Below the pieces are notes generated by a model, which worked only from the letters and a program-made list of their open reading frames with translations, had not been told where the DNA came from and did no database searches. A program made the position numbers and the translations under genes. Shown one piece after another: positions 33,197 to 41,027 of a stretch of 41,027 bases of DNA (positions within the stretch are counted from its first letter, which is position 1; the number at the start of each line of letters is the position of its first letter). The stretch is from Candidatus Limnocylindria bacterium (GTDB lineage Bacteria > Chloroflexota > Limnocylindria > QHBO01): the NCBI GenBank assembly GCA_038248695.1, contig JBBRXE010000002.1, forward strand, positions 1 through 41,027. Direction: 5' to 3'.

Positions 33197-33607
33197 GTGA
33201 CCTACCAGGCCATCTACTACCGAGACGCCGAGCGCCACGAGCCGGTCAACGACTACATCGAGATGATGGATGAGAGCTGCCAGGAGGGAGTGGACTGGAA
33301 GATTGCGCTGCTCAACAGGCTCTCCGACAGCAACCCCAATCTTCCCTTCCCGCATTCCTCCCAACTCAAAGGCGAGAGGTACCGCGCCTTCCGGGAGCTT
33401 CGCGCCGACTGCGGCAACGCGCACTACCGCGTCATTTTCCGGCGGTCCGACCGATTCTTCATCCTGCTCTACATCCTCTCCAAGAACACGGGCGAGATCC
33501 CCGAGGAAGACAAGAAGGTCGCCCTCGAGCGGTGGAAGGACTTCAAGGCGCGGATGGATGCGAATCCACGTCGACCCCCGCGAGCCATGGGACACGACGC
33601 TCCCTGA
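33197..33607 (+). CDS. RelE/ParE-superfamily toxin of the phage Gp49 / HigB-like type
   Basis: Track ORF 33185..33607, with the start taken at GTG 33197. YRAFRELRADCGNAHYRVIFRRSDRFFILLYILSKNTGEIPEED matches the Gp49-like pattern (R..., YRvif....., fvlLh.F.KktqktP). Confidence 0.75.
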   Translation: MTYQAIYYRDAERHEPVNDYIEMMDESCQEGVDWKIALLNRLSDSNPNLPFPHSSQLKGERYRAFRELRADCGNAHYRVIFRRSDRFFILLYILSKNTGEIPEEDKKVALERWKDFKARMDANPRRPPRAMGHDAP

Positions 33608-33680
33608 GCCGTTGTTTCGCTTCTACTTGACACGACTTAGCGTAGCTGCTAAGTTCGGGGTTGCAAGGAGCACCCGGCCA

Positions 33681-34172
33681 ATGACCACCCCGCAGGAACC
33701 CATCAGCCCCCTCGGCAGCACTGCCGAGTCAGCCGCAAAGCGCCGCAACACTCGCAGCGGCGCCTATCGCGCACAGCACGACCGCCTCGCGCCGTATCGC
33801 GTCATCGCTGAAGCCGTCATCCTCGCGCGTGGTGCCAAAGACCTCACACAGAAGGAACTCGGCGACCTCGTTGGGACGACTTACAGCGCCATCTCGCGCG
33901 TCGAGAGCGGCAACCACCCGATCGCTCTCGAGACGCTCGCCAAGCTTGGTGCAGCCCTCGATATGACGTTCCTGGTGGGGTCAGCAAGCGCCGCCAGGTC
34001 CGCGGGTATCAATGAGCGGTGTGTCGTGGTCCCGGAGATCGCTATCGAGCAACCGGCCCCGGCTGCGCGACCCGTTGCGGCCCGTCCGGGGCGACCGGCG
34101 ACCTCTCAGCCGACCTGGGCGTTCGTCGACACCGTCGCGGCCCCTGCCGCTGCGAAGCGCCGAAGCCGATAG
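33681..34172 (+). CDS. XRE-family HTH antitoxin (HigA-like) with long Ala/Pro-rich C-terminal tail
   Basis: ATG 33681 is behind AAGGAG (33665-33670), in the same frame as track ORF 33270..34172. The HTH is LTQKELGDLVGTTYSAISRVESGNHPIALETLAKLGAAL. Confidence 0.8.
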   Translation: MTTPQEPISPLGSTAESAAKRRNTRSGAYRAQHDRLAPYRVIAEAVILARGAKDLTQKELGDLVGTTYSAISRVESGNHPIALETLAKLGAALDMTFLVGSASAARSAGINERCVVVPEIAIEQPAPAARPVAARPGRPATSQPTWAFVDTVAAPAAAKRRSR

Positions 34173-34643
34173 ATCTCTGGGCGGGGCGGGATCCTGCCGC
34201 GTCGATCGCTGGCGGACCCATGTCCGGAATAAGAACGTTCGACATGTCCCGAGTGGGGCGACGAGTAGAGATGCGCGAGCGTGCCGCCGGTGCGCTTGAC
34301 GCAAGGGGCAGCGGGACCCTGGTTGACCGGGACCGCCCGAGTAATTTGCCAAGGTCTTCGATGCCACATCATGCCCGAGTGATGGATGGCTCTACCAGCT
34401 GCACGCCACCGCCCAGGGATAACGTCCAGCAGGCGCACGACATCGCGGATGCTGCGCGGACCATCTGCAACGAGGCCGGCTGAATGGCTCCGTGACCGAC
34501 AAGCTGTCGTAATCTGGAACTAGCCTCGCCAGCATGCAGGATACCCTGGGTTTGCACAGGCTTGACGTCGAGCGTGATCCGCTCATTACGCCGTTCGAAG
34601 CGCGGTCAGGCTCGCTACACTGACCGCGCAGGAGGGGGACACC

Positions 34644-35031
34644 TTGCCCGAGCAGCAGGACCCAGAGAAGCCCGAGGCAGGTCGCCTCACCCAGGACGAC
34701 CTGATCATCGACCGCGCCCTGGAGGCGCAGGATCAGGACACCCTCGACCACCAGCCAATCGCGGACCGCGTCGCAGAACTGGTGGCGACATCCGAGACGC
34801 CGCTAAACGTCGCCCTCTTCGGCGCGTGGGGCTCCGGCAAAGTCCAGCTTTGCCCGGCTGCTCGAGAAGAGCCTCGAACGGTATCGGGGAGTGAAGCTCG
34901 TTACGTACAACGCCTGGACCTTCGAGGGCGAGTCCTTGCAGCGGAGCTTCATCTCCTCGGTGGCCTCGTCCGTGGGCATTCGAGCCTGCCGAGATCGCGG
35001 CGAGGCGCTGGCGCTTGCCGGCCTCGCCTGA
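34644..35031 (+). pseudogene. KAP-family P-loop NTPase, frameshifted and truncated
   Basis: NVALFGAWGSGK (Walker A) is followed by a +1 shift near 34842. The shifted frame reads SSFARLLEKSLERYRGVKLVTYNAWTFEGESLQRSF, a typical KAP continuation, and stops at 35029-35031. This is far short of a full-length KAP protein. Confidence 0.6.
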
Positions 35032-35374
35032 CGCCGGGGGCCTCCGGCAGATCGCCGCCGAGCCCCTATCAACCGGTTCGCGCGAGCCAGCGCTCGGCGC
35101 CGATCACGGTGCAATTGAGCCGTCTTGAACGGACGTTTAATTCATGACCAGCAGGCTCTCCCGCGTCGCATGCTCGAGGATGGCGTCGATCCGGCGCACG
35201 TCATCCTCGAGCCGCTGCTCAGCGCTTCGACCTGCTCCTGCCGCTCGAAATACGTGAAGATTCGAATCGACCAGGGGCAGCAGCACGCGCGCGCCGGGCA
35301 GCGGCACCCCGATGCGTGCCAGGTGGTGCAGTTGTCCGATTGTGCGGCGAACGTCGTCTTGCCGCCCTGGTTCC

Positions 35375-35660
35375 GTCCTTGACCAGGCCGTAGGCGAGGA
35401 AGAAGGGCGCCATCAGCGGCCCCACGCTGCCGAGCAGCGCGGAGAGGAAGCTGAACCCCGCCCCGATGATCGCAAGCTCCGGATCGGCGGACGGCGAGGT
35501 GGCCCGGGCCGCAGGTGGCGCCACGCAACGGTGCCTAGGCAAAAAAGGCGCCCAGCAGCCGGAGCAGCGCGGAAAGCGGCGCCGTGGCGAACAGGAGTCC
35601 GCCGACGAAGGCGAGCGGCACGGCGCCGAGTGCGAACCAGCCGACCACGTTGCCAGACAT
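35375..35660 (-). pseudogene. TauE/SafE-like permease fragments in two frames
   Basis: MSGNVVGWFALGAVPLAFVGGLLFATAPLSALLRLLGAFFA (35660-35535) ends in a stop. IIGAGFSFLSALLGSVGPLMAPFFLAYGL then follows in another frame. Further downstream (35150-35370) there is a GGKTT-containing P-loop scrap. Confidence 0.35.
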
Positions 35661-35682
35661 TGTGCCGCCCCTAACGTCCGCC

Positions 35683-36615
35683 CTACGGGTGCGGCGTGCG
35701 CTCGAGGCGGCGCCGGTCGGCCGTCTCGAGCTGGATCGTCGAATGCTCCATGTCGAAGTCATCGGTGAGGCAGGTGCACACTTCGTCGAGCACCTTCGCA
35801 GCATCGGCTGCCGGTCGAATGACCACGTGCGCCGACACCACGTTGATGCCCGACGTCAGCGTCCATGCGTGGAGGTCATGGATGTCGTCGACGTGCTCGG
35901 CGCGCAGCAGATGGTTCCGGACTTCCATGAGGTCCACACCCCGCGGTGTGGCCTGGAGGAGCACGTCGACCGCCTCGCGCAGGAGTCCATACGTCCGCGG
36001 GAGAATGAGGACTGCGATCAGGACCGATGCGATCGGATCGACGAGCGTCCATCCGGTGGTGAGGATGATGACGGCGCTGACGATGACGGCCAGTGAGCCG
36101 AGCAGGTCACCGAGCACCTCGAGATACGCACCCCGCACGTTGAGACTCGCGGCGGCGCCCGCCCGGAGCAGGCGCATCGACACGAGGTTGACGACCAGGC
36201 CGCCGGCGGCAATGGCGAGCATCGGGATGCCGACGACCTCGGGCGGCTTGGCGAAGCGCTGGATCGCCTCGTAGAAGATGTAGCCCGCCACCGCGAAGAG
36301 AAGCAGGGCGTTAGCGACCGCGGCGAAGATCTCGAGGCGGTGGTACCCGAACGACTTCTCGGGGGTGGCCGGCCGCTGGGCGAACCAGATCGCCAGCAGT
36401 GCGAGGCCGATGCCTGCCGCATCGGTGAACATGTGGCCAGCATCGGCGAGTAGCGCGAGCGAGTTCGCGAGCAGGCCGCCGACGATCTCGAGCACCATGA
36501 ACGCGCTCACCAAGCCGAAGACCACGACAAGCCGGTGTTGCCCCGTGCTGGAGGCGGAGCGCCGGTGCGCGTGCCCGCTCACCGGCGCGCGGCCGGTCGG
36601 CGCATGTGGGGTCAT
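35683..36615 (-). CDS. czcD: Cation diffusion facilitator (CzcD/ZitB-type Zn/Co/Cd efflux), 310 aa
   Basis: Track ORF 35683..36843, trimmed to the ATG at residue 77, which forms an ATGA overlap with the upstream stop. Motifs: SLALLADAGHMFTDA, FGYHRLEIF, LEVLGDLLGS, and the C-terminal domain HDLHAWTLTSG. Confidence 0.9.
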   Translation of the reverse strand: MTPHAPTGRAPVSGHAHRRSASSTGQHRLVVVFGLVSAFMVLEIVGGLLANSLALLADAGHMFTDAAGIGLALLAIWFAQRPATPEKSFGYHRLEIFAAVANALLLFAVAGYIFYEAIQRFAKPPEVVGIPMLAIAAGGLVVNLVSMRLLRAGAAASLNVRGAYLEVLGDLLGSLAVIVSAVIILTTGWTLVDPIASVLIAVLILPRTYGLLREAVDVLLQATPRGVDLMEVRNHLLRAEHVDDIHDLHAWTLTSGINVVSAHVVIRPAADAAKVLDEVCTCLTDDFDMEHSTIQLETADRRRLERTPHP

Positions 36616-37238
36616 CCGTGAGTCTCCCCGCGCAAGGCTTCGAGCCCTTCGCGGACCAGGATGACCGTTATGCCGAGCGCCGCGAGCGGGTCGGCCCACC
36701 ACCAGCCGAAGGCGGCGTTGAGACCGATCCCGCTGAGCACGACCACGGAGAGATACCAGCACGCCTGGGTCTGTTCCGCGTCCGCTGCCAGTGCGCGACT
36801 GTCGAGCGCCGTGGCCGCGTCGCGCTTCGCGCGCGCGAGCCACAGCATCACGCCGATCGAGAGCGCGGTGATGGCGATGCCGAGGGGACTCGGTTCCGGC
36901 CGACGCTGGTCGACGAACGCGGTAATGGCATCGAAGGCGACATAGGCTGCCAGCGCGAAGAACGAGACGCCGACGAACAGCGCAGCCCGGCGTTCCAAGC
37001 GCTCTACCGCGTCTTCGTCGAGCTCGCCGTTCGACTCGGACCGCAGGCGCCAGATGAGCACCGCGCCCGACAGGCTCTCAACGAAGGAGTCGACGCCGAA
37101 GCCGATCAGGGCCACGCTCCCGGTGGCCGCGGCCGCCACGAGCGCCACGGCGCCTTCGACAAGGTTCCAGCCGACCGTGAGGTACTCGAGCCGCAGGCCG
37201 CGGTTGAGGAGGAGCCGGCGGGTTTCGACTGCGCTCAT
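36612..37238 (-). CDS. CDF-related cation transporter, membrane domain only
   Basis: LEYLTVGWNLVEGAVALVAAAATGSVALIGFGVDSFVESLSG and ALAADAEQTQACWYLS give six hydrophobic helices. There is no cytoplasmic C-terminal domain. Confidence 0.7.
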   Translation of the reverse strand: MSAVETRRLLLNRGLRLEYLTVGWNLVEGAVALVAAAATGSVALIGFGVDSFVESLSGAVLIWRLRSESNGELDEDAVERLERRAALFVGVSFFALAAYVAFDAITAFVDQRRPEPSPLGIAITALSIGVMLWLARAKRDAATALDSRALAADAEQTQACWYLSVVVLSGIGLNAAFGWWWADPLAALGITVILVREGLEALRGETHG

Positions 37239-37645
37239 GCGACCGTAGAGCGCTCCACTGCGCGGTCCTCGGTGACATGCCGCAGCCCGTCGCCGAACAG
37301 ACGCCGGACGTGGTCATCGGCGAGGCGGTAGTAGACGACGCGCCCGGCTTTACGTCGGGCAACCACCCGACGATCCCGCAGCTGACGAAGCTGGTGACTC
37401 AGCGCCGACTGGCTGATCTCCAACAGGAGGGCCAGGTCGCAGACGCAGAGCTCATCGGCCAGGCTGAGGGCGTGGAGGATCCGCGACCGCGTTGCGTCGG
37501 CCAGCACCGAGAAAGTCGATGCCAGGTCATCGGCAGTCGCGAAATCGACGACGCGTCCGAGCAGGGGAGCGACGTGCTCGGGATGCAGACATTCGACCTC
37601 GCAGCGCTCCGGGGTTAGGTGTGACACATATGAGAGATTGTTCAT
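37235..37645 (-). CDS. ArsR/SmtB-family metalloregulator
   Basis: FSVLADATRSRILHALSLADELCVCDLALLLEISQSALSHQLRQLRDRRVV contains the CVC metal site and the wHTH. TATGA-N8-TCATA overlaps the start codon and is a candidate operator. Confidence 0.9.
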   Translation of the reverse strand: MNNLSYVSHLTPERCEVECLHPEHVAPLLGRVVDFATADDLASTFSVLADATRSRILHALSLADELCVCDLALLLEISQSALSHQLRQLRDRRVVARRKAGRVVYYRLADDHVRRLFGDGLRHVTEDRAVERSTVA

Positions 37646-37865
37646 ACATCGGTATTGTGGCCGATCTCGACGCCCCGCGTTTGGTCGGCTATGGGCGGGC
37701 GGGAGGATCCTGACCCGACATGAGCGAGACCTTCGCGCAGAGATCGCACAGACGGGACCACACCGTCGGGAAACCGGCGTTCCGCCTCGAGGTCCGTGCG
37801 ATTGCCGGTCTGGTCAGCCGGCGTAGATTGCATTGACCACGGCGGGTGGAACGATAATCCGGCAG

Positions 37866-37902
37866 TTGGTACCCACCGGGTCGAATCCTCTCGCCCCGAC
37901 CA
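37866..37902 (+). repeat. Direct repeat B (ttggtacccaccgggtcgaatcctctcgccccgacca)
   Basis: Partner of 12008-12044. It ends in ...GACCA and contains GGTCGAATCC, so it superficially resembles a tRNA 3' end. Confidence 0.7.
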
Positions 37903-38124
37903 TCTGACCTAAACGTCCCATTCCCACGCTCACGCTAGCGGCGCTTCCTACGTTTGTGCGGTCGATCGCAATCTGCAGTAGCAAAAAGTCCGTCCAAGTG
38001 GCGTTCTGGTTCCATGGATCGCTTGCGGCTTGGCGACCGCGGAGGTTGGCTCGCCTGTTCGCGGCAGAGAAGTGGACCGGCCGGGAGGAGACACGGCCGA
38101 CGCTTATGTGAATCGGGAGCAGCC

Positions 38125-38551
38125 CTAAACCGAGCCCGCGGCGCGCAGCCGCTCAGGACCCTCGATCCGACGCTCGAAGAATGACCGCCCTTCCGGATCG
38201 TCGAGGTGGGGCAGGAGGTCACGCGGATCGTCGAACCAGGCGTACATGTCGGTGCCGCCAATCAGGGCGATGTTCCCCCCACGGGTTGTAAGTTGTGGAG
38301 AGGACGGTTGGCCTCGGCGATCGCACTGCTCGCCGCCACCGCCGTGCCAGGCGCGCCAGCGAGGCGAGGCGGTCCTCGGTCTCGGGCCAGTTGCATCGGA
38401 CGCTGGCCATTCCCGCGCTGCGGACGACCGAGCGCAGGACGAGGGCGACGATCACGGCGTCATCGGATAACCCCAGCCCGGGATGAAGTCGGATTAGATC
38501 GATCGGAAGGGCGGCGCTCTTGGGCCAGAGGTTACGCTGCTCCCAGTGCAC
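38125..38551 (-). pseudogene. Degenerate ORF of unknown function, frame broken at a G6/C6 tract
   Basis: Track ORF 38219..38551 ends shortly after the C6 run (38275-38280). A different frame continues as GNIALIGGTDMYAWFDDPRDLLPHLDDPEGRSFFERRIEGPERLRAAGSV to the stop at 38127-38125. No family was recognised. Confidence 0.3.
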
Positions 38552-39298
38552 CTTTCAGGCTCCCGGTTCATTGCGGCCGGCGCGGTCACGCTGTTCGTCG
38601 CGCTCATGCTCGCCGGATGGTGGCTGACGCGCGCGCCGGTGCTCGCGGTGACCGGAACGCAACTCAATCAGCCGGTTCCCGACATCCCGCTCACCGATCA
38701 GGACGGCCAGCCGTTCCGGCTCTCCGACCTGCGCGGCAAGGTCGTGGTCGTCTACCCCTTCCTGACCGACTGCCGCGAGATCTGCCCGATGACCACGGCC
38801 GCGTTCATCAAGATGGCGCGCGCCCTCGACGCGGCCGGGCTGCGCAACGAAGTGGCGCTGCTGGAAGTGACCGTCGATCCGGAGCGCGACACGCCTGAGC
38901 GGCTGCACGCCTACGCCGAGCTCTCCTCGGCCAGCTGGACGATGCTCACCGGCTCACCGAAGAACCTCGGCCGCTTCTGGGCGTTCTTCGGCGTCAGCAC
39001 CGAGCGCACGGCGATCGAGTCTCCGGGACCGATCGACTGGTACACGCATGAGCCCGCGACCTACGACGTCGGGCACACGCCGGCGCTCATGTTCATCGAC
39101 GCGCAGGGGAACGAACGCATCGTTCTGGTCGGCACCGCCGATGTCGGCCGCCAGCTGCCATCGCAGCTCGAGGCAATGCTCAGCGATCAGGGCCGCCAGA
39201 ATCTGGCAGCGCCCCAGCAGCCGTGGACCGTCGAGCAGGCGCTCGATGACGTCGGGGTGCTGCTCGGGCGGCCGATTCCGACCAATGGCAACTCGTAG
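38546..39298 (+). CDS. SCO1/SenC-family copper chaperone / thiol-disulfide oxidoreductase
   Basis: It has an N-terminal anchor. The motifs are GKVVVVYPFLTDCREICPMTT (CxxxC) and VTVDPERDTPERL ... H. Confidence 0.9.
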   Translation: MHLSGSRFIAAGAVTLFVALMLAGWWLTRAPVLAVTGTQLNQPVPDIPLTDQDGQPFRLSDLRGKVVVVYPFLTDCREICPMTTAAFIKMARALDAAGLRNEVALLEVTVDPERDTPERLHAYAELSSASWTMLTGSPKNLGRFWAFFGVSTERTAIESPGPIDWYTHEPATYDVGHTPALMFIDAQGNERIVLVGTADVGRQLPSQLEAMLSDQGRQNLAAPQQPWTVEQALDDVGVLLGRPIPTNGNS

Positions 39299-39635
39299 CG
39301 GCCGCCGCGCCCGTTCGGGTTGGCTGCACAGGCCTTGCGCTCGCTGCCACTCCAGGGGTGCTCGAGCTCGTGCCGACCGTGGCAGACCTGCGGCTCGGGA
39401 TCGAGTTGACTGGGATCCAGGAAGGCCCGGCGACGAGCTCGACAGTCGCAGGGCGCTCGACTACGTCGTTGTGGCGGACGGCGTCCGCTACTCAGTCGAG
39501 GCCAAGGCGCCGAGCCCTCCGGTAAGCAGCGACTAAGCGGCCATCCGTAGACTCCGGACCGGGTCGCGGTCGTTGACAGCGGAAGGCCGGCGTGGAGGTA
39601 TGCATCGATCGGTGGATTGGCCGCACCCCCGCCCA

Positions 39636-40316
39636 TCAGGCTCCCAACATCGCACCCGCGCCCCAGACAATCATGACAACCCCACCAACCCGGGAGATCG
39701 CCTCGCCCCGGCGTGACAACTTCTCGGCGAGCACGAACGACGCGAGCACCACAACCCAGAGCAGATTCATCACGCCGAGCACGAATAGCAGAAGCATCAA
39801 CGCCCAGCAACAGCGGAAGCACAGCGTCCCGTGGTGGAGTCCCATCTGCATAGCGCCGCGCCGGCCGTCTCGCCACGACGTGAGGAGGAAGCCGATGGGT
39901 GTGCGGCACGCCCCCAGGCTCTGCCTCTTCACCGGTGTGAACTGGAAGATCCCGGCCCCGATCAGGAACAGGCCCGCCCGCCCGCTGTGAGTCAATGTGC
40001 CCATGGCATTCACGAGCGCCAGGTCGTGAAGAACCCATTGAAGTACGGTTCCCACAACGGCGAATGCCGACCACACCAAGACGTACCCGACGACAAACAG
40101 GGTCGTCGAACCATCCCGTCCTTTGCTCGAACCGCGGTCCATGCGATCGTAGGTGAGCACCATCGGAATGGCGGACGGCAGCATCATGGCCGCCATCATC
40201 ACCGCCCACATCGTGGCCATCAGCGTCACCTGGCCGGCGGACCAGGCGGAGGTCATCGGCATGGCCAGCGCGGAGGACATGTCGCCCATCTGGGTCGTCA
40301 CCAGCCCCAGGTACAT
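39636..40316 (-). CDS. DUF2182-type metal-binding integral membrane protein
   Basis: The Met-rich MATMWAVMMAAMMLPSAIPMV, together with FQFTPVKRQSLGACRTP and HHGTLCFRCCWALM, is characteristic of this family. Confidence 0.75.
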   Translation of the reverse strand: MYLGLVTTQMGDMSSALAMPMTSAWSAGQVTLMATMWAVMMAAMMLPSAIPMVLTYDRMDRGSSKGRDGSTTLFVVGYVLVWSAFAVVGTVLQWVLHDLALVNAMGTLTHSGRAGLFLIGAGIFQFTPVKRQSLGACRTPIGFLLTSWRDGRRGAMQMGLHHGTLCFRCCWALMLLLFVLGVMNLLWVVVLASFVLAEKLSRRGEAISRVGGVVMIVWGAGAMLGA

Positions 40317-40823
40317 CGTCGGCCTCTAGCGCATGGTCAATCGCGGAGTCGAGCGCCTCGAATGCGGAGCACATTCAGCAGCCCAAACCCGTGCGCGAGC
40401 CGCCCCCGCTTGTTCGACCCACTTCTCGACGAAAGCTCTACCAACCAGGCTATCCGTGACTGTTATGACGGGTGCAGAGTGAGGTAGGGGGTAGGCGCAG
40501 CACGAACCGTGGATGCCTTACAAGGCCCCAAGGGCGGTGCCCGGCTGGGACTTGTCTAGCCCCATAAAGCGATATTCGCCACTGCGGCCTTGCCCAAGCT
40601 GCCAGAGGGTCAGCAATGAGTGAAGCATTCGTCCGGGCGGCGCTGGAGCTTCTGGTGTTCATCGAGGTCAGCCATAAAAGCGTCGTCGATCCGGACAGCG
40701 CCGTAGGTGCTCTCGAGGACTTCTATGCCGCGCAGGCGAGCTGCGCCCCTGACGAGCCGCTCTGGTACGCGATGGTGGCCGACGCGCTGGCACTCCGGGC
40801 CGAGCGCACCGCTCGCCGCGACC

Positions 40824-41027
40824 CTAAGTGTACGTGGCGAGCAGGTCGATCCAGAACGTCGAGCCGACGCCCTCTTGGCTCTCAAGCCCAACGCTGCCGC
40901 CGTGGGCCTCGGCAATATGGCGCACGATGGCCAGGCCCAGTCCGGCGCTGCCGCCCATCTCTTCCTCGCCGCGCGCCCGCGAGCGGTCGACCTTGTAGAA
41001 GCGTTCGAAGAGGCGCGCCTGGTGAGC
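40824..41027 (-). CDS. Sensor histidine kinase, C-terminal HATPase_c end (partial; N-terminus off the right edge)
   Basis: Own translation of an edge ORF: LFERFYKVDRSRARGEEEMGGSAGLGLAIVRHIAEAHGGSVGLESQEGVGSTFWIDL. The stop is at 40826-40824. Confidence 0.85.
   Translation of the reverse strand, partial: AHQARLFERFYKVDRSRARGEEEMGGSAGLGLAIVRHIAEAHGGSVGLESQEGVGSTFWIDLLATYT

Larger units (their letters stand above)
12008..37902. mobile_element. Putative conjugative-element segment bounded by 37-nt imperfect direct repeats
   Basis: The repeats lie at 12008-12044 and 37866-37902. The interior carries a full transfer apparatus, toxin-antitoxin genes, IS debris and a metal-resistance module. No intact integrase is present in the window. 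Confidence 0.4.

Noticed and set aside
37828-37902. Reading the direct repeats as genuine tRNA genes or tRNA 3' halves
   Set aside because: With ...CGCCCCG-A-CCA as the acceptor end, the T-arm would be ACCGG/GTCGAAT/CCTCT. Only 3 of its 5 stem pairs form. The loop lacks the T54 position. No complementary 5' acceptor strand (CGGGGCG) lies ~70 nt upstream. Copy A has the same defects. The repeats are kept only as tRNA-like att candidates.
40616-41027. Plus-strand ORF starting MSEAFVRAALELLVFIEVSHKSVVDPDSAVGALEDFYAAQ...
   Set aside because: The first ~70 codons look coding-like. However, the frame has no stop before the window end and runs antisense through the well-supported histidine-kinase 3' end. 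It may be a small real gene with an unseen end or a frameshift, but it cannot be resolved from this window.

Overview
High-GC window from what looks like a monoderm bacterium (Actinobacteria- or Chloroflexi-like), built mostly from mobile and accessory DNA. All family calls come from reading motifs in the supplied translations and my own edge translations; no homology search was run.

**Layout, left to right**
- **1-2750:** a minus-strand HTH regulator, ubiquitin-like protein and E2-like protein. The E2 runs off the left edge. The HTH and Ubl genes are each preceded by a copy of the same ~470-nt leader.
- **2790-4890:** an intact IS256-family element, a MazG-like gene and a solo IS left-end remnant.
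- **5969-9243:** a frameshifted single-chain Type IIG/IIL restriction-modification gene.
- **9475-11893:** a DnaQ-like exonuclease-BRCT gene, a 322-aa unknown protein and a small membrane ORF.
- **12008-37902:** a ~25.9-kb segment bracketed by 37-nt imperfect direct repeats. Its core is an 18-gene, translationally coupled minus-strand operon (12507-29502). The operon interleaves a monoderm-type conjugative T4SS with a complete Tad/Flp pilus module and is headed by three toxin-less Phd/YefM-like domains. The T4SS parts are a VirB2-like pilin, VirB6-like, VirB3/PrgI-like, VirB4, a cell-wall hydrolase, a coupling protein and a replication-relaxation protein. The Tad parts are CpaE-like, CpaF, TadB, TadC, Flp, TadE, TadG-like and CpaB.
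- **29660-37645 (rest of that segment):** lipoproteins, a gene-decay zone (IS481-truncated ABC ATPase, truncated IS481, frameshifted KAP NTPase, TauE fragments), a HigB/HigA-like pair and an ArsR-CDF-CzcD metal module.
- **38125-41027:** a degenerate ORF, SCO1/SenC, DUF2182 and the 3' end of a histidine kinase.

**Most interesting observations**
- The chimeric T4SS/Tad operon, including a VirB3-like::CpaE-like fusion.
- The duplicated long leader.
- An identical 14-mer + -35 + TAGCGT promoter cassette in front of both the Ubl/E2 locus and the T4SS/Tad operon, 27 kb apart.
- The Ubl-E2 pair itself.

Many long ORFs in the track are antisense artefacts of the high GC content and were not called.
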